A DNA stretch of 63,260 bases, the filler included, from Octopus bimaculoides (lineage: Eukaryota): the NCBI RefSeq assembly GCF_001194135.2. It is 4 parts of 3 records of this genome, joined end to end, with 100 filler letters (N's around TTAATTAATTAA, not from the genome) between each part and the next. Parts side by side here need not be neighbours in the genome. Positions count along the whole stretch, not along the records: positions 1 to 12,263 come from NC_068981.1; 3 more parts are not named here. The stretch is one strand, 5' to 3'. The notes beneath the pieces were generated by a model. The model was not told the origin of the DNA, did no database searches, and was given only the letters and a program-made list of their open reading frames with translations. This document shows, in pieces, positions 1 to 10,860 of the stretch (the stretch's first letter is position 1; every line of letters starts with the position of its first letter). The position numbers and the translations under genes were made by a program.

Positions 1-37
<37 letters not shown>

Positions 38-60
38 ATATATATGTGTGTATATATATG

Positions 61-91
<31 letters not shown>

Positions 92-255
92 GTGTATATA
101 TATATATATGTATTCCAAATACAATGCTTCTATACTCAAAATTTTATAACATTTTTCTGACGTAACGATTTAAATATATACTTTAACCATGTAACACAAG
201 CCTTCTGTAGTTTTTTCACTCTTGTTTATCCTATATATGTATATATACATATATG

Positions 256-288
<33 letters not shown>

Positions 289-306
289 GTATGTATATAT
301 ATATAT
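1..306. repeat. (TA)n/(TG)n/(TATG)n compound microsatellite
   Basis: Directly visible dinucleotide and tetranucleotide runs at 1-110 and 235-306. Confidence 0.95.
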
Positions 307-364
307 ACTTGATAAATTCTTGTAAAAGGATTCGTCCTATTATTGAATTTTAATATATTACCAG

Positions 365-500
365 AATATATTCAGTGCTGAATTTATTCTGAGTAAGAGG
401 CATATTTACCGAGATGCAATTCGAAATTCCCGCCACTTACATAGGGAAATAGCGATGAACAGTCGTCTATATGCTATGCTGGATACATGGTGTTCGTTTG
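365..500 (+). CDS. Candidate internal exon of an unidentified multi-exon gene (phase 0 to 1)
   Basis: Acceptor ttttaatatattaccag; donor G|gtatgt; 45 open codons NIFSAEFILSKRHIYRDAIRNSRHLHREIAMNSRLYAMLDTWCSF; GC higher than flanks; phase matches the acceptors at 11729 and 14311. Confidence 0.55.
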
Positions 501-848
501 GTATGTTGATTCACTGTTTATTTCTATTTTTCTTGACCATATTATACTGACGAGTAGAAGTTGTATAATACTACAATAACTACGAAATCATGATTTATAA
601 TTTAGTTCGTTTTTTTAAGGGGTTGGCTTTGAGAGTTGCATTTCCTCGCATTCGGTAAAAATGTGCTTTTTTATAGTAGTNNNNNNNNNNNNNNNNNNNN
701 NNNNNNNNNNNNNNNNNNNNNNNNNNNNNNNNNNNNNNNNNNNNNNNNNNNNNNNNNNNNNNNNNNNNNNNNNNNNNNNNNNNNNNNNNNNNNNNNNNNN
801 NNNNNNNNNNNNNNNNNNNNNNNNNNNNNNNNNNNNNNNNNNNNNNNN

Positions 849-885
<37 letters not shown>

Positions 886-889
<4 letters not shown>

Positions 890-1957
890 TCATTGTTTAA
901 CATCCGTTTTCCATGCTGGCATGGGTTGGACGGTTTTGACTGACGTCTTGAGAGCCAGGAACTGCACCAGGCTCCAATCTGATCTGGCAATGTTTCTAGA
1001 GCTGGATGTCCATTTTAACACTAACCACTCAGTATAGTGGATGCTTTTTGCATGTCACTGGCACAGGAGCCACTCAGGCGGTCCTGGCGTCCATAACGTT
1101 TGGAATAATGCTTTTTATGAGCCACTGGTACAAGAGCCATTCATGGGGTACTGGCATCAGACATGTTCGGATGGTGCTTTTGACTTACCACCAGCATGGG
1201 AGCCAGTCAGGCGGACCTAGCATCGACCCCATATGGATGGTGCATTTCAGATGCCACCAGTATGGGAGCCAGTCGAGGGGCACTGACCATAGCTACGATA
1301 TTGGTTTCACTTGACTCAATAGGTCTTCTCAAGCATATCATATCACGCAACACTCAGGGGTACTCTTAACTGGGCCAGACATGCATGGCTACAATCTCAC
1401 TTTAGTTGCCGAATCTTCTCAATCACAGCATATCTCCAAAGGTCTTGGTCTCCTATTATTACCTCTGCAAAACCCAATGCTCGAAGGTCATGCTTCACCA
1501 CCTCATCCCATGTCTTCCTGCATCTACATCTTCCACAGTTAGGGAGTGGCAGTTCCTCATCCATACGTAACACATGACCATACCAGCGCAGTCATTTTTC
1601 TTGCATGCCACATTTCATGCTTCTTCAGCCCAGCTTTTCTTTTGGGGCACTTACACTCTGTCATGTATGCTCACTGACATTACACATCCAGCGGATCAAA
1701 CTAGCATCATTTCTTTCAAACCTATGCATGTACTCAGCAGTCATGGCACATATTTCACTGCTGTGTAGCATAGCAGTTCACCCACATGCGTCGTACAGTC
1801 TACCTTTCGTCCTCAGCGAGATGCCCTTGCTTGCTGGCAAAGATAGGAGTTCCCTAAACTTTGCCCAGGCTATTATTATTGTACCTGCTACACTCTCAGA
1901 GCAACCAGCCCCACAACAAACTTGGTCACCTCAGTAGCAGAAACTATTAACTACGTA
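886..1957 (-). mobile_element. RTE-clade LINE, 5'-truncated and decayed (copy 1)
   Basis: Minus strand encodes a degenerate version of the RTE C-terminus seen intact in copy 2 (LRWYGHV..MDE region); shares the 3' UTR ending ...CCATGCCAGCATGGAAAACGGATGTTAAACAATGATG with copy 3. Confidence 0.9.
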
Positions 1958-2390
1958 TATATATATGTGTGTGTATGTGTGTATATATATATATATNNNN
2001 NNNNNNNNNNNNNNNNNNNNNNNNNNNNNNNNNNNNNNNNNNNNNNNNNNNNNNNNNNNNNNNNNNNNNNNNNNNNNNNNNNNNNNNNNNNNNNNNNNNN
2101 NNNNNNNNNNNNNNNNNNNNNNNNNNNNNNNNNNNNNNNNNNNNNNNNNNNNNNNNNNNNNNNNNNNNNNNNNNNNNNNNNNNNNNNNNNNNNNNNNNNN
2201 NNNNNNNNNNNNNNNNNNNNNNNNNNNNNNNNNNNNNNNNNNNNNNNNNNNNNNNNNNNNNNNNNNNNNNNNNNNNNNNNNNNNNNNNNNNNNNNNNNNN
2301 NNNNNNNNNNNNNNNNNNNNNNNNNNNNNNNNNNNNNNNNNNNNNNNNNNNNNNNNNNNNNNNNNATATATATATATATATACATATATA

Positions 2391-2553
2391 CGACGGGCTT
2401 CTTTCTGTTTCCATCTACCTAATCCACTCACAAGGCTTTGGTCGGCCCGAGGCTATAGTAGAAGACACTTGCCCAAGGTGCCACGCAGTGAGACTGAACC
2501 CGGAACCATGTGGTTGGTAAGCAAGTTACTTACCACATAGCCACTCCTGCGCC
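2391..2553 (-). mobile_element. tRNA-derived SINE family A, head and body
   Basis: Reverse complement GCAGGAGTGGCTATGTGGTAAG...GGTTCCGGGTTCAGTCTCACTGCGTGGCACCTTGGGCAAGTGTCTTCTACTATAGCC has A/B-box-like motifs; several more copies in the window. Confidence 0.85.
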
Positions 2554-2556
2554 TAT

Positions 2557-2595
<39 letters not shown>

Positions 2596-2637
2596 TAAAT
2601 AATATATAAATATATGCATATATACAAACATATACAT

Positions 2638-3919
2638 AGAGTTTCTACAGCTGGATGCCCTTCCTAACGCCAACCACTCCAAGAGTGTAGTGGTTGCTTT
2701 TACATGCCACCGGCACGAAGGCCAGTCAGGCTGTACTGGCAATGGCCATGCTGAAAGCGGTGTCTTTTACGTGCCACCTGCACGGGAGCCAGTCCAGCAG
2801 CACTGGCAACGATCTCGCTCGAATGTCCTTACGCATGCCACCGGCGCAAGTGCCAGGGCACAGGTGCCATAACGATTTCGCTTTCGCTTGTCTCAACAGG
2901 TCTTCGCAAGCTGAGTTTCTGTTTCCAATGACAGAAACGATGTTGGCACGGGTGCCATCCTTCGAAATTAGTTCGGTTTCACTTGCCTCAACAGGTCTTC
3001 GCAAGCGGAGTTTAGTGTCCAATGTAGGAAGTTACGCATCCTGGCAGAGGCCTTGGATTTAGGTCTCACTTGGCTTGCCGGGTTTTCTCACGTACAGCAT
3101 ATTTCCAAAGATCTCGGTCAGAAGTCATTGCCTCGGTAAAGCCCAATGTTCGAAGGTCGTGCCTCACCACCTCATCCCAGGTCTTCCTGGGCCTACCTCT
3201 TCCACAGGTTCCCTCAACTGCTAGGGTGTGGCACTTTTTCACACAGCTATCCTCATCCATTTTCGCCACATGCCCATACCAGCGCAAACGTCTCTCTTGC
3301 ACACCACAGCTGATGCTTCTTAGGTTCAACTTTTCTCTCAAGGTACTTACACTCTGTCTAGTATGCACACTGACATTACACATCCAGCGGAGCATACTGG
3401 CTTCATTCCTTGTGAGCCTACGCATGTCCTCAGCAGTTACAGCCTATGTTTCACTGCCATGAAGCATGGCTGTTTGTACACATGCATCATACAGTCTGCC
3501 TTTTACTCTGAGTGAGAGGCCCTTTGTCACCAGCAGAGGTAAGAGCTCTCTGAACTTTGCCCAGGCTATTCTTATTCTAGCAGCTACACTTTCAGCGCAC
3601 TCTCCCCCACTACTAACTTGGTCACCAAAATAGCAGAAGCTATCAACTACGTCTACTTTTTCTCCCTCGAATGTGACAGAAGTTGTTTTCTGCACATTTT
3701 CAGTGTTTATTGCTCCTGAACATCTGCCACATATAAAAACTAACTTCCTAGTTAACCTTTCTTTGATATTGCTGCACCTCTTATGTGTCCATAGCTTGCA
3801 CTAGGTGCATCTTATAGAGTTCCTACCTACGCCTTTTCTACAGATCAAGCAGGGCCATCTACCTGAAGGGGTTTGTGTTTTGTCTACCTTCCTACTTATT
3901 AGGACTTTGGTTTTAGCTA
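2638..3919 (-). mobile_element. RTE-clade LINE, 5'-truncated (copy 2), with a PHD-type finger in the RT C-terminal part
   Basis: Minus strand: AKTKVLISRK...SGRWPCLICRKGVGRNSIRCT*CKLWTHKRC...DSFCYFGDQV...MLHGSET...RRLRWYGHVAKMDEDSCVKKC...GRGRPRKTWDEVVRHDL, then the 3' UTR. Confidence 0.95.
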
Positions 3920-3977
3920 TGTATATATGTATATATGTATGTATGTATGTATACATGTATGTATATATATGTATACA

Positions 3978-4475
3978 GGGGTGGGAGGCTAGAAAGAAAT
4001 TAGATAACATTATACGTAATGATACCAGTGGTACCTGCCCTAGATATAGAAAGAAAGAATGGATACAAAGAACTTGTGACAAAGCAAACAGGGTGAACAC
4101 ATGGTATAAAACCTTCAAATAACAAGGAGTGATGTTTGTAAAGGCCACAGCCCATGGAGAACTAGCCCGTAAATTTATAAAAGCTCTGAAGGAGACCAAT
4201 CTCAACATTAAGATTGTTGAAAAGCCAGGGAACTCTATCAGATCACAACTATGTAGGACGTACCCCTTTGAGAATACCATATGCACCAATGATAACTGCA
4301 TGGTATGTAGGATTAACTCTGGCATTAACTGTGGAACTCAAAATGTAGTTTACAGCATAAGATGCATAGAAGGTACTTGTAAAGACATGAACATGACATA
4401 CATAGGGGAGACACTTAGGAGCATTGTGGAAAGACTAAATGAACATCTGAGACAATATGATGACAAAAAAAACAG
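3978..4475 (+). mobile_element. Penelope-like element fragment (linker plus GIY-YIG endonuclease), family 1
   Basis: One frame with a single in-frame stop: WYKTFK*QGVMFVKATAHGEL...KIVEKPGNSI...CTNDNCMVC...NVVYSIRC...YIGETLRSIVERLNEH, the PLE GIY-YIG signature. Confidence 0.9.
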
Positions 4476-4531
4476 TCCTCCAGTGCTTTTATGTGCCACC
4501 GGCACGAGGGCCAGTCAGGCGGTACTGGCAA
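4476..4531 (-). mobile_element. RTE 3' UTR repeat unit (fragment next to a gap)
   Basis: gcttttatgtgccaccggcacgagggccagtcaggcggtactggca matches the units in RTE copies 1-3. Confidence 0.7.
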
Positions 4532-4631
4532 NNNNNNNNNNNNNNNNNNNNNNNNNNNNNNNNNNNNNNNNNNNNNNNNNNNNNNNNNNNNNNNNNNNNN
4601 NNNNNNNNNNNNNNNNNNNNNNNNNNNNNNN

Positions 4632-5152
4632 ACTGAAAAAGATCCTCACAAAGGCAAAATTATTTTCCAAAATAACAGATGGAAAAGTTAAAAAATGTGG
4701 TCAACCAAATTGCGCAACATGCCCAAACCTTCTAGAAGGTTCAGAATTCCTCTTCAAAGAGGGACAACAATTCAAAGTTAAATCTGACTTTACTTGTGCN
4801 NNNNNNNNNCCTCTTCAAAGAGGGACAACAATTCAAAGTTAAATCTGACTTTACTTGTGCCTCAGAAAACCTTATTTATGTAATAAGATGCTCGGGCTGC
4901 CACGAACACTACATAGGGCCCACATGATTATCACTCAGATGCAGATGCACTCTGCATCGACAGCAGATTGCATGCCCAGAATACCGAATGATACCCTTTA
5001 GTGAGCATATTGAGAAATGCGCAAAACAAATGCTACCACAATTTATAATCTTTCCATTCCATCAATGTGCCATTAGAACACCAACACAAATTAGATTAAA
5101 TAAGGAAACCTTCTTCGTTCAAAAATACAAACCCAAACTTAACCATTGCTAA
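4632..5152 (+). mobile_element. Penelope-like element 3' part (GIY-YIG), family 2
   Basis: LKKILTKAKL...KKCGQPNCATC...FTCASENLIYVIRCSGCHEHYIGPT*LSLRCRCTLHRQQI...KETFFVQKYKPKLN*. Confidence 0.9.
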
Positions 5153-5924
5153 CACATTTTAATAAGGAAATTCATCACCCCACTGAGAAGGAAAAAAATA
5201 TAGAACAAAACCTAACAAACCAAACCATGGTAAATTAATCAAAATCTACCACCTCCTACATTTCGATTATCTCCCTTATACCNNNNNNNNNNNNNNNNNN
5301 NNNNNNNNNNNNNNNNNNNNNNNNNNNNNNNNNNNNNNNNNNNNNNNNNNNNNNNNNNNNNNNNNNNNNNNNNNNNNNNNNNNNNNNNNNNNNNNNNNNN
5401 NNNNNNNNNNNNNNNNNNNNNNNNNNNNNNNNNNNNNNNNNNNNNNNNNNNNNNNNNNNNNNNNNNNNNNNNNNNNNNNNNNNNNNNNNNNNNNNNNNNN
5501 NNNNNNNNNNNNNNNNNNNNNNNNNNNNNNNNNNNNNNNNNNNNNNNNNNNNNNNNNNNNNNNNNNNNNNNNNNNNNNNNNNNNNNNNNNNNNNNNNNNN
5601 NNNNNNNNNNNNNNNNNNNNNNNNNNNNNNNNNNNNNNNNNNNNNNNNNNNNNNNNNNNNNNNNNNNNNNNNNNNNNNNNNNNNNNNNNNNNNNNNNNNN
5701 NNNNNNNNNNNNNNNNNNNNNNNNNNNNNNNNNNNNNNNNNNNNNNNNNNNNNNNNNNNNNNNNNNNNNNNNNNNNNNNNNNNNNNNNNNNNNNNNNNNN
5801 NNNNNNNNNNNNNNNNNNNNNNNNNNNNNNATATATATATACGTATATATACATATATATACATATATATACATATATACTTATTCATATGTATACATAT
5901 ATATATACATATATATATACATAG

Positions 5925-6032
5925 TGATACTAATAGAAATGAAACTATTAAAAGTGAAACTATTAACATACATAGTGAAAGTAATCAAAATTAAAACTAT
6001 TGAAAGTCAAACCATATAAAAGTGAAACTATT
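5925..6032. repeat. Degenerate ~15-bp minisatellite (AAAGTGAAACTATT)
   Basis: Several imperfect copies, e.g. aaatgaaactatta, aaagtgaaactatta, aaagtgaaactatta. Confidence 0.6.
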
Positions 6033-6332
6033 ATATCGCATTACAATAGTGATGTTATTGTTTCACTTTTGACACAATACCAAAACACTGTAAGAGATAA
6101 GAGATTGCTCTGTGCTCACATTAGGCAAGAAGTTGAAAATTTTTTGGGCCCATGACACTCCATGGACCCTAAATAATGCATGTTTAAAACTTGAATGAAA
6201 TCAGTTGGGTAGTTCTTGAGGTTTAGTGATGCACACATAGACACAGAAAGACACACATTCTCAGTTTTATATATACATGCATATATATATAGCTATGTTT
6301 TATCTTTGAGTGAATACTAATCAGATACAGGC

Positions 6333-6727
6333 AGTGTGTCATTAACCAGCTGGGGGAGATGTCTTCTTGGGGCTTAAAACAACAGTAACATCATCCTCTG
6401 TGTGACCACCACATTTAGTTGGCAAATATATTTTACGATTCCATACTGTTACTGTTTACCTCTTACTCAGAGATTTAATATAGCTTATTTCTCCTTTTTC
6501 GAGATCAGTGACAGCATGTCACTGGAAAATGCATATAGTATTTAGCTGGTGATGAAGATCGATAACTAACCCAGAAACCCAGGTCTATGTGTATCACATA
6601 AGGCTAATTGGACACAGATAGTGTGTCAGTAGTCAGCTGGAGGAGATGTATTCCTGGGGCTGAAAACAATAGTAGAATCATCCTCTATGGGACAGCCACA
6701 TTTAGTCAGCAAATATATTTTAGGATC
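6333..6727. repeat. Diverged ~105-bp direct repeat (6333-6438 and 6620-6727)
   Basis: agtgtgtca..cagctgg.ggagatgt.tt.ctggggct.aaaacaa.agta..atcatcctct.tg.gac..ccacatttagt..gcaaatatatttta occurs twice. Confidence 0.75.
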
Positions 6728-6729
6728 TT

Positions 6730-7654
6730 TTCCTTTTGGCTGGCACATAGAAAAAAAAATTTTTTGTAACTAAACACTTTCAAATTTTGTATACTGGTAG
6801 AATGTCATTTAAAACATCATTTACTCTTGGTGTTTTTAAGAAAATTCTTTATTTTCAAAGTTATTTTGTGTTAAAGTTGTCGTATTTCGGTAATTTCAAC
6901 CAATCAATGACGTGTATACAGCTGAATAAAATTACCGCCGTTGTTTATCAACAACAACTATCGGCGGTGTATATTTCGTTTATCACTGTTATGACATTGT
7001 TCATGCGTTTGTACTGGTTTTAGCTTTAGGGGGTTAAGGTTAGGGTTCAGGTTTTAAAGTTAGGGTGTTAGGGTTAGGGATAGGGTTTTAGACTTAGGGT
7101 TCGGGTTTTAGGGTCAGGGTTATTGTTTTAGGGATAGGGTTTTAGAGTTAGGGTTAGGGTTGGGATTTTAGAGTTAGAGTTATGGAAAAATGAAGAAATT
7201 GGAAGGGGAGGGGGCAAAATGGGATCTTTTCCCTTTGAACGGCACATTGAAAAATTAATTTTTTGTAACTAAACACTAAGCACACGAAAATAATTCAACA
7301 AAGTAGGCAATTTCGAAAACGCTAAAATAACCTATAACTGAATTGATTAAACTATGCACACATGTATCTCAAATGTAAATATATCAGAAATAACAGTGAC
7401 AAACTCGACATACACTGCCAGAACGTCTTGTTGACAAACCACAGCAGTAATTGTTTTCACCTCAATAGACGTCGTTGATTGGTTGAAATTACCGAAATAC
7501 GACAACTTTAACACGAAATAACTTCGAAAATGAAGAATTTTCTTAAAAACTTCAAGAGTAAATGATGTTTTAAATGATACATTTTACCAGTATATGAAAT
7601 TTGAAAGTGTTTAGTTACAAAAAATTATTTTTTCTATGTGCCAGCCAAAAGGAA
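6730..7654. mobile_element. Non-autonomous DNA transposon with ~260-bp terminal inverted repeats and an internal telomere-like array
   Basis: Left end ttccttttggctggcacatagaaaa is the reverse complement of right end ttttctatgtgccagccaaaaggaa; arms 6730-~6995 and ~7385-7654 align; TTAA follows the right end. Confidence 0.85.
7025..7185 (+). repeat. Degenerate (TTAGGG)n interstitial telomere-like array
   Basis: ttaggggg ttaagg ttaggg ttcagg ... gttagggttaggg ... inside the TIR element. Confidence 0.85.
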
Positions 7655-7680
7655 TTAATATGTGCTGAGTTCTAATCTAT

Positions 7681-7845
7681 TATTTATTGCTCATTGAGTC
7701 TTTGTATAAGCAAGGCTTTCTTAATTTGCCCACATTTCTATCACTGGCTTTAATGGTAATGGTAATATGTTGGTTGATGTTTCTACATTTGTCAATGTGC
7801 TTTTTGAATGGGGAAGTGCATGTGTTGAGATGTTCTTTAATGCTG
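7681..7845 (-). mobile_element. Inverted partial copy of the Penelope-like element at 7960-8770
   Basis: Reverse complement cattaaagaacatctcaacacatgc...cacattgacaaatgtag...taaagccagtgatagaaat matches 8366-8500. Confidence 0.85.
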
Positions 7846-7959
7846 AGACAAGGAACCATTTTTATCAGGGTGTTCTGTGGTAAATTATATTTGTTATCTG
7901 TGGTAAATCATATTCTGTTATCTGTGCTAAAACCAGATACATAAGAAATGAACTTATGC

Positions 7960-8770
7960 ACACAATATATGTAGCAAGATAGAGGACCAGATCACTCACA
8001 TTGCACACATCATAGATGTACTGAAGATGAACCATGAATCGACTTAAGAATCGTAGGCGCCACAAGCATAAAACCTCCTCTAACACCTGCTTCATGAAAT
8101 TACCACATTTCAGCAAAAGCATGACCACAGCTATCTGCAAAGAAGGACTGGACATACAGTTAGCATACCCTGGCCCTTCTCTGTGTGGATACCTGTCTAA
8201 AGAGCAATCCAGAGACACCAACAACCAATGCTCACTGACTAACCACCCTATCCACAATACAGGTATGTGTCAGCAAGCACATGCGGCATACCAGATTGAA
8301 TGCAACAAATGTAAGGAGTTCTGCATTGATAGCACAACTTGAACACTCCACACTCACATTAAAGAACACCTTAACACATGCGCATCCTCATTCAGAAAAC
8401 ACATTGACAAATGTAGCAACCAGCATATTACCGTTACCACTAAAGCCAGTGATAGAAATATGAGCCTTGCTCATACATATACTGAACCTGCAAATAAATA
8501 ATAACAAACAGTACTTGACATGAGATACACCCACAGGCACGCAAACTAAACATATACAAAAAAGTAAACTGATTTCGCGAAATACTATATTAGCAATTGA
8601 TGTCATTCATGTAGAAACCAAAATAATCATCAAAAACGCTTGAAAATGACTTTAAAAATTTTAATCAAAATCAAAATTTTATCCCAATGAGAGGAAATTG
8701 GAATTATTATCTTATGAAAGTTCCTTAAACCTTGATGAAGGAACTTTTAGGTCTCGAAATATTGGACAGA
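7960..8770 (+). mobile_element. Penelope-like element 3' part (GIY-YIG plus 3' region with hammerhead-like motif), family 3
   Basis: MKLPHFSKSMTTAICKEGLDIQLAYPGPSL...CQQAHAAYQIECNKCKEFCIDSTT*TLHTHIKEHL is a decayed VYxIxCxxCxxxYIGxTxRxLxxRIKEH motif. Confidence 0.85.
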
Positions 8771-8971
8771 TAAAACAATCACAGCAACAAAACTTAAAAA
8801 AACAAAAATTACCAGGTAATCTATCACTTGCAATGTTACATATATATGCAAATGTATACATCAACGTGAGTTTGGAGAGATATATCATACCGGTGGATAC
8901 CATGATGGCTCTCTGTTATGTTCCTGTTTATGGCTTTGTTTATATCCTGTTTATATCCATATATATATATC

Positions 8972-10325
8972 GTTATCATCATCATTGTTTAACATTTGTT
9001 TTCCATGCTGGCATGGGTTGGATGGTTTGACTGGGGACTGGCAAGCCAGTAGGTTGCACTAGGCTTAAATCTGACCTGGCAAAGTTTCTACAGCTGGATA
9101 TCTTTCCTAAAACCAACCACCCCGAGAGTGTAGTGGGTGCTTTTTATGAGCCACGAGCATGAGAGCCAGTCAGATGGTACTGGCATCAACCGCATTTGGA
9201 TGGTGCTATTTACGTACCATCAGCATTGGAGCCAGTCGGGAGGGGGGGAGCTGGTATTGACTCCACTGGCACAGGGAGCCTGTTAGGCAGCATTGACTTC
9301 GACCCACGCTTGAATGGTGCTTATTACGTGCCACCAGCATGGGTGTCAGTCTGGTAGCACTGGTATCGGCCACAACTACAATTTCCATTTTGATCTTGAT
9401 TTGATTTTTGCTTGGCTCAATAGGTCTTCTCAATTGCAATGTATCACCCAATGATTCAAAGTTACTTATAAATGGGCTGATTATGTGACACTTGTATAGA
9501 CTACGGCTGTGATCTCACTTTACTTGCCAGGTCTTCTCAATCACAGCATATCTCCAAAGGTCTTGGTCTCTTGTTATTCCCTCTGTGAGGCCCAATGTTT
9601 AAAGGTCATACTTCACTTCATCCCATGTCTTTCTGGGTCTCCCTCTTCCTTGGGTTCCTTCCACTGTTAGGGTGTGAAAATTCTTCAAACAGCTCTTCTC
9701 ATCCATACACAGGACATAATCATACCAGTGCAGTCATCTCTCTTGTACACCACATCTGATGCTTCTTATGTCCAACTTTTCTCTCGGGGCACTTATACTC
9801 TATCGTGTGTGCACACTGACATTAAACATCCAGTGGATCATACAAGCTTCATTTCTTTCAAGCCTACATAATGTCCTCAACAGTCATGGCCCATGTTTCA
9901 CTGCCATGTAGCATGGCTGTTCGCACACATACATCATACAGTCTATCCTTCACTCTGAGCGAGAGGCCCTTTGTTACCAGTAGAGGTAGGAGGTAGGAGC
10001 ATTCTGAACTTTGCCCAGGCTATTCTTATTCTAGTGGCAACACTTTCAGAGCATCCACCCTCACTACAGACTTGGTCACCTAGGTAGTGGAAGCTATCAA
10101 CTATTTCTAGTTTCTTCCCCTGGCATGTGATGGAATCTATTTTCTGAGCATCTTCTGTGTTTATTGCCCCTGTGCATCTGCTGCACACAAAAACTATCAT
10201 CCCAGTTAACCTTTCTTTGATATTGCTGCACATCTTATGTGTCCATAGCTTACACTGGGTACATCTTATGGAGTTTTGACCTACACCTTTTCTACAGATC
10301 GAGCAGGGCCATTTACCTGAAGGGG
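8972..10325 (-). mobile_element. RTE-clade LINE, 5'-truncated (copy 3)
   Basis: Minus strand PSGKWPCSICRKGVGQNSIRCTQCKLWTHKMC...FVCSRC...DSFHYLGDQV...RIRIAWAKFR; same 3' UTR as copy 1. Confidence 0.95.
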
Positions 10326-10329
10326 ATTG

Positions 10330-10612
10330 TTGGATTTTTGGTTCAATTTTACATTTCTAACTAACTTTATAAGATTGCCTTCAAATTTTTCTAGGTCTTT
10401 AATATGTGGTGGGTTTTTATGAGATCTGAAACCATAATTGTTCTCTACATGTACCTTTATTGAAAAAGTAAGCCTTTAATTTCATTCTCCTCAGAACATT
10501 TTCTGTTTTGTCGATAAGATTTTTGATGTATACTTTCCTTAGAATATGAATATTTTTCAGTGATGTCATTATTTCAGGTTTTTCCACGGTTTGTTTTGAT
10601 TCTCTGTTCATG
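10330..10612 (-). mobile_element. Penelope-like element N-terminal fragment, family 4
   Basis: SLKNIHILRKVYIKNLIDKTENVLRRMKLKAYFF...KNPPHIKDLENFEGNLIKLVRNVK resembles PLE N-terminal regions (from recall of the family). Confidence 0.7.
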
Positions 10613-10647
10613 TTTAGTGCTTAACGGGTGTTTGTTGACATAGGACA

Positions 10648-10860
10648 TTGAAAGAAGGTGGAATAAGCAACCCCCAGATAGAATGGAAAATTATTACTAA
10701 AGCCAAAAAATACAGAGGATGGAATACCAAATGTGAACTAGGTATTACTGAAAGACTAAACATTATACAATCAACTGATAACATCCTAAATATTAAGGAT
10801 GAAATCTTCTACCCCTGCATACACAAGCAATATTATACACTCAAGTACTTCAAAGAAGAG
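10648..10860 (+). mobile_element. Penelope-like element C-terminal fragment, family 4
   Basis: IEWKIITKAKKY...KCELGITERLNII...LNIKDEIFYPCIHKQYYTL fits the C-terminal IxWKIxxKAxxY..CxLCxxEK..LNxRxE..CxH pattern of PLE endonucleases. Confidence 0.75.

Noticed and set aside
1035-1300. CRISPR-like appearance of the ~60-bp repeats
   Set aside because: Units are degenerate, have no unique spacers, lie in a LINE 3' UTR, and the context is eukaryotic.
4750-4859. Exact 50-bp direct repeat either side of a 10-N gap
   Set aside because: Typical unmerged contig overlap; removing it restores the Penelope reading frame.
7025-7185. True telomere or chromosome-fusion site
   Set aside because: Short, degenerate, single orientation, and enclosed by transposon TIRs.
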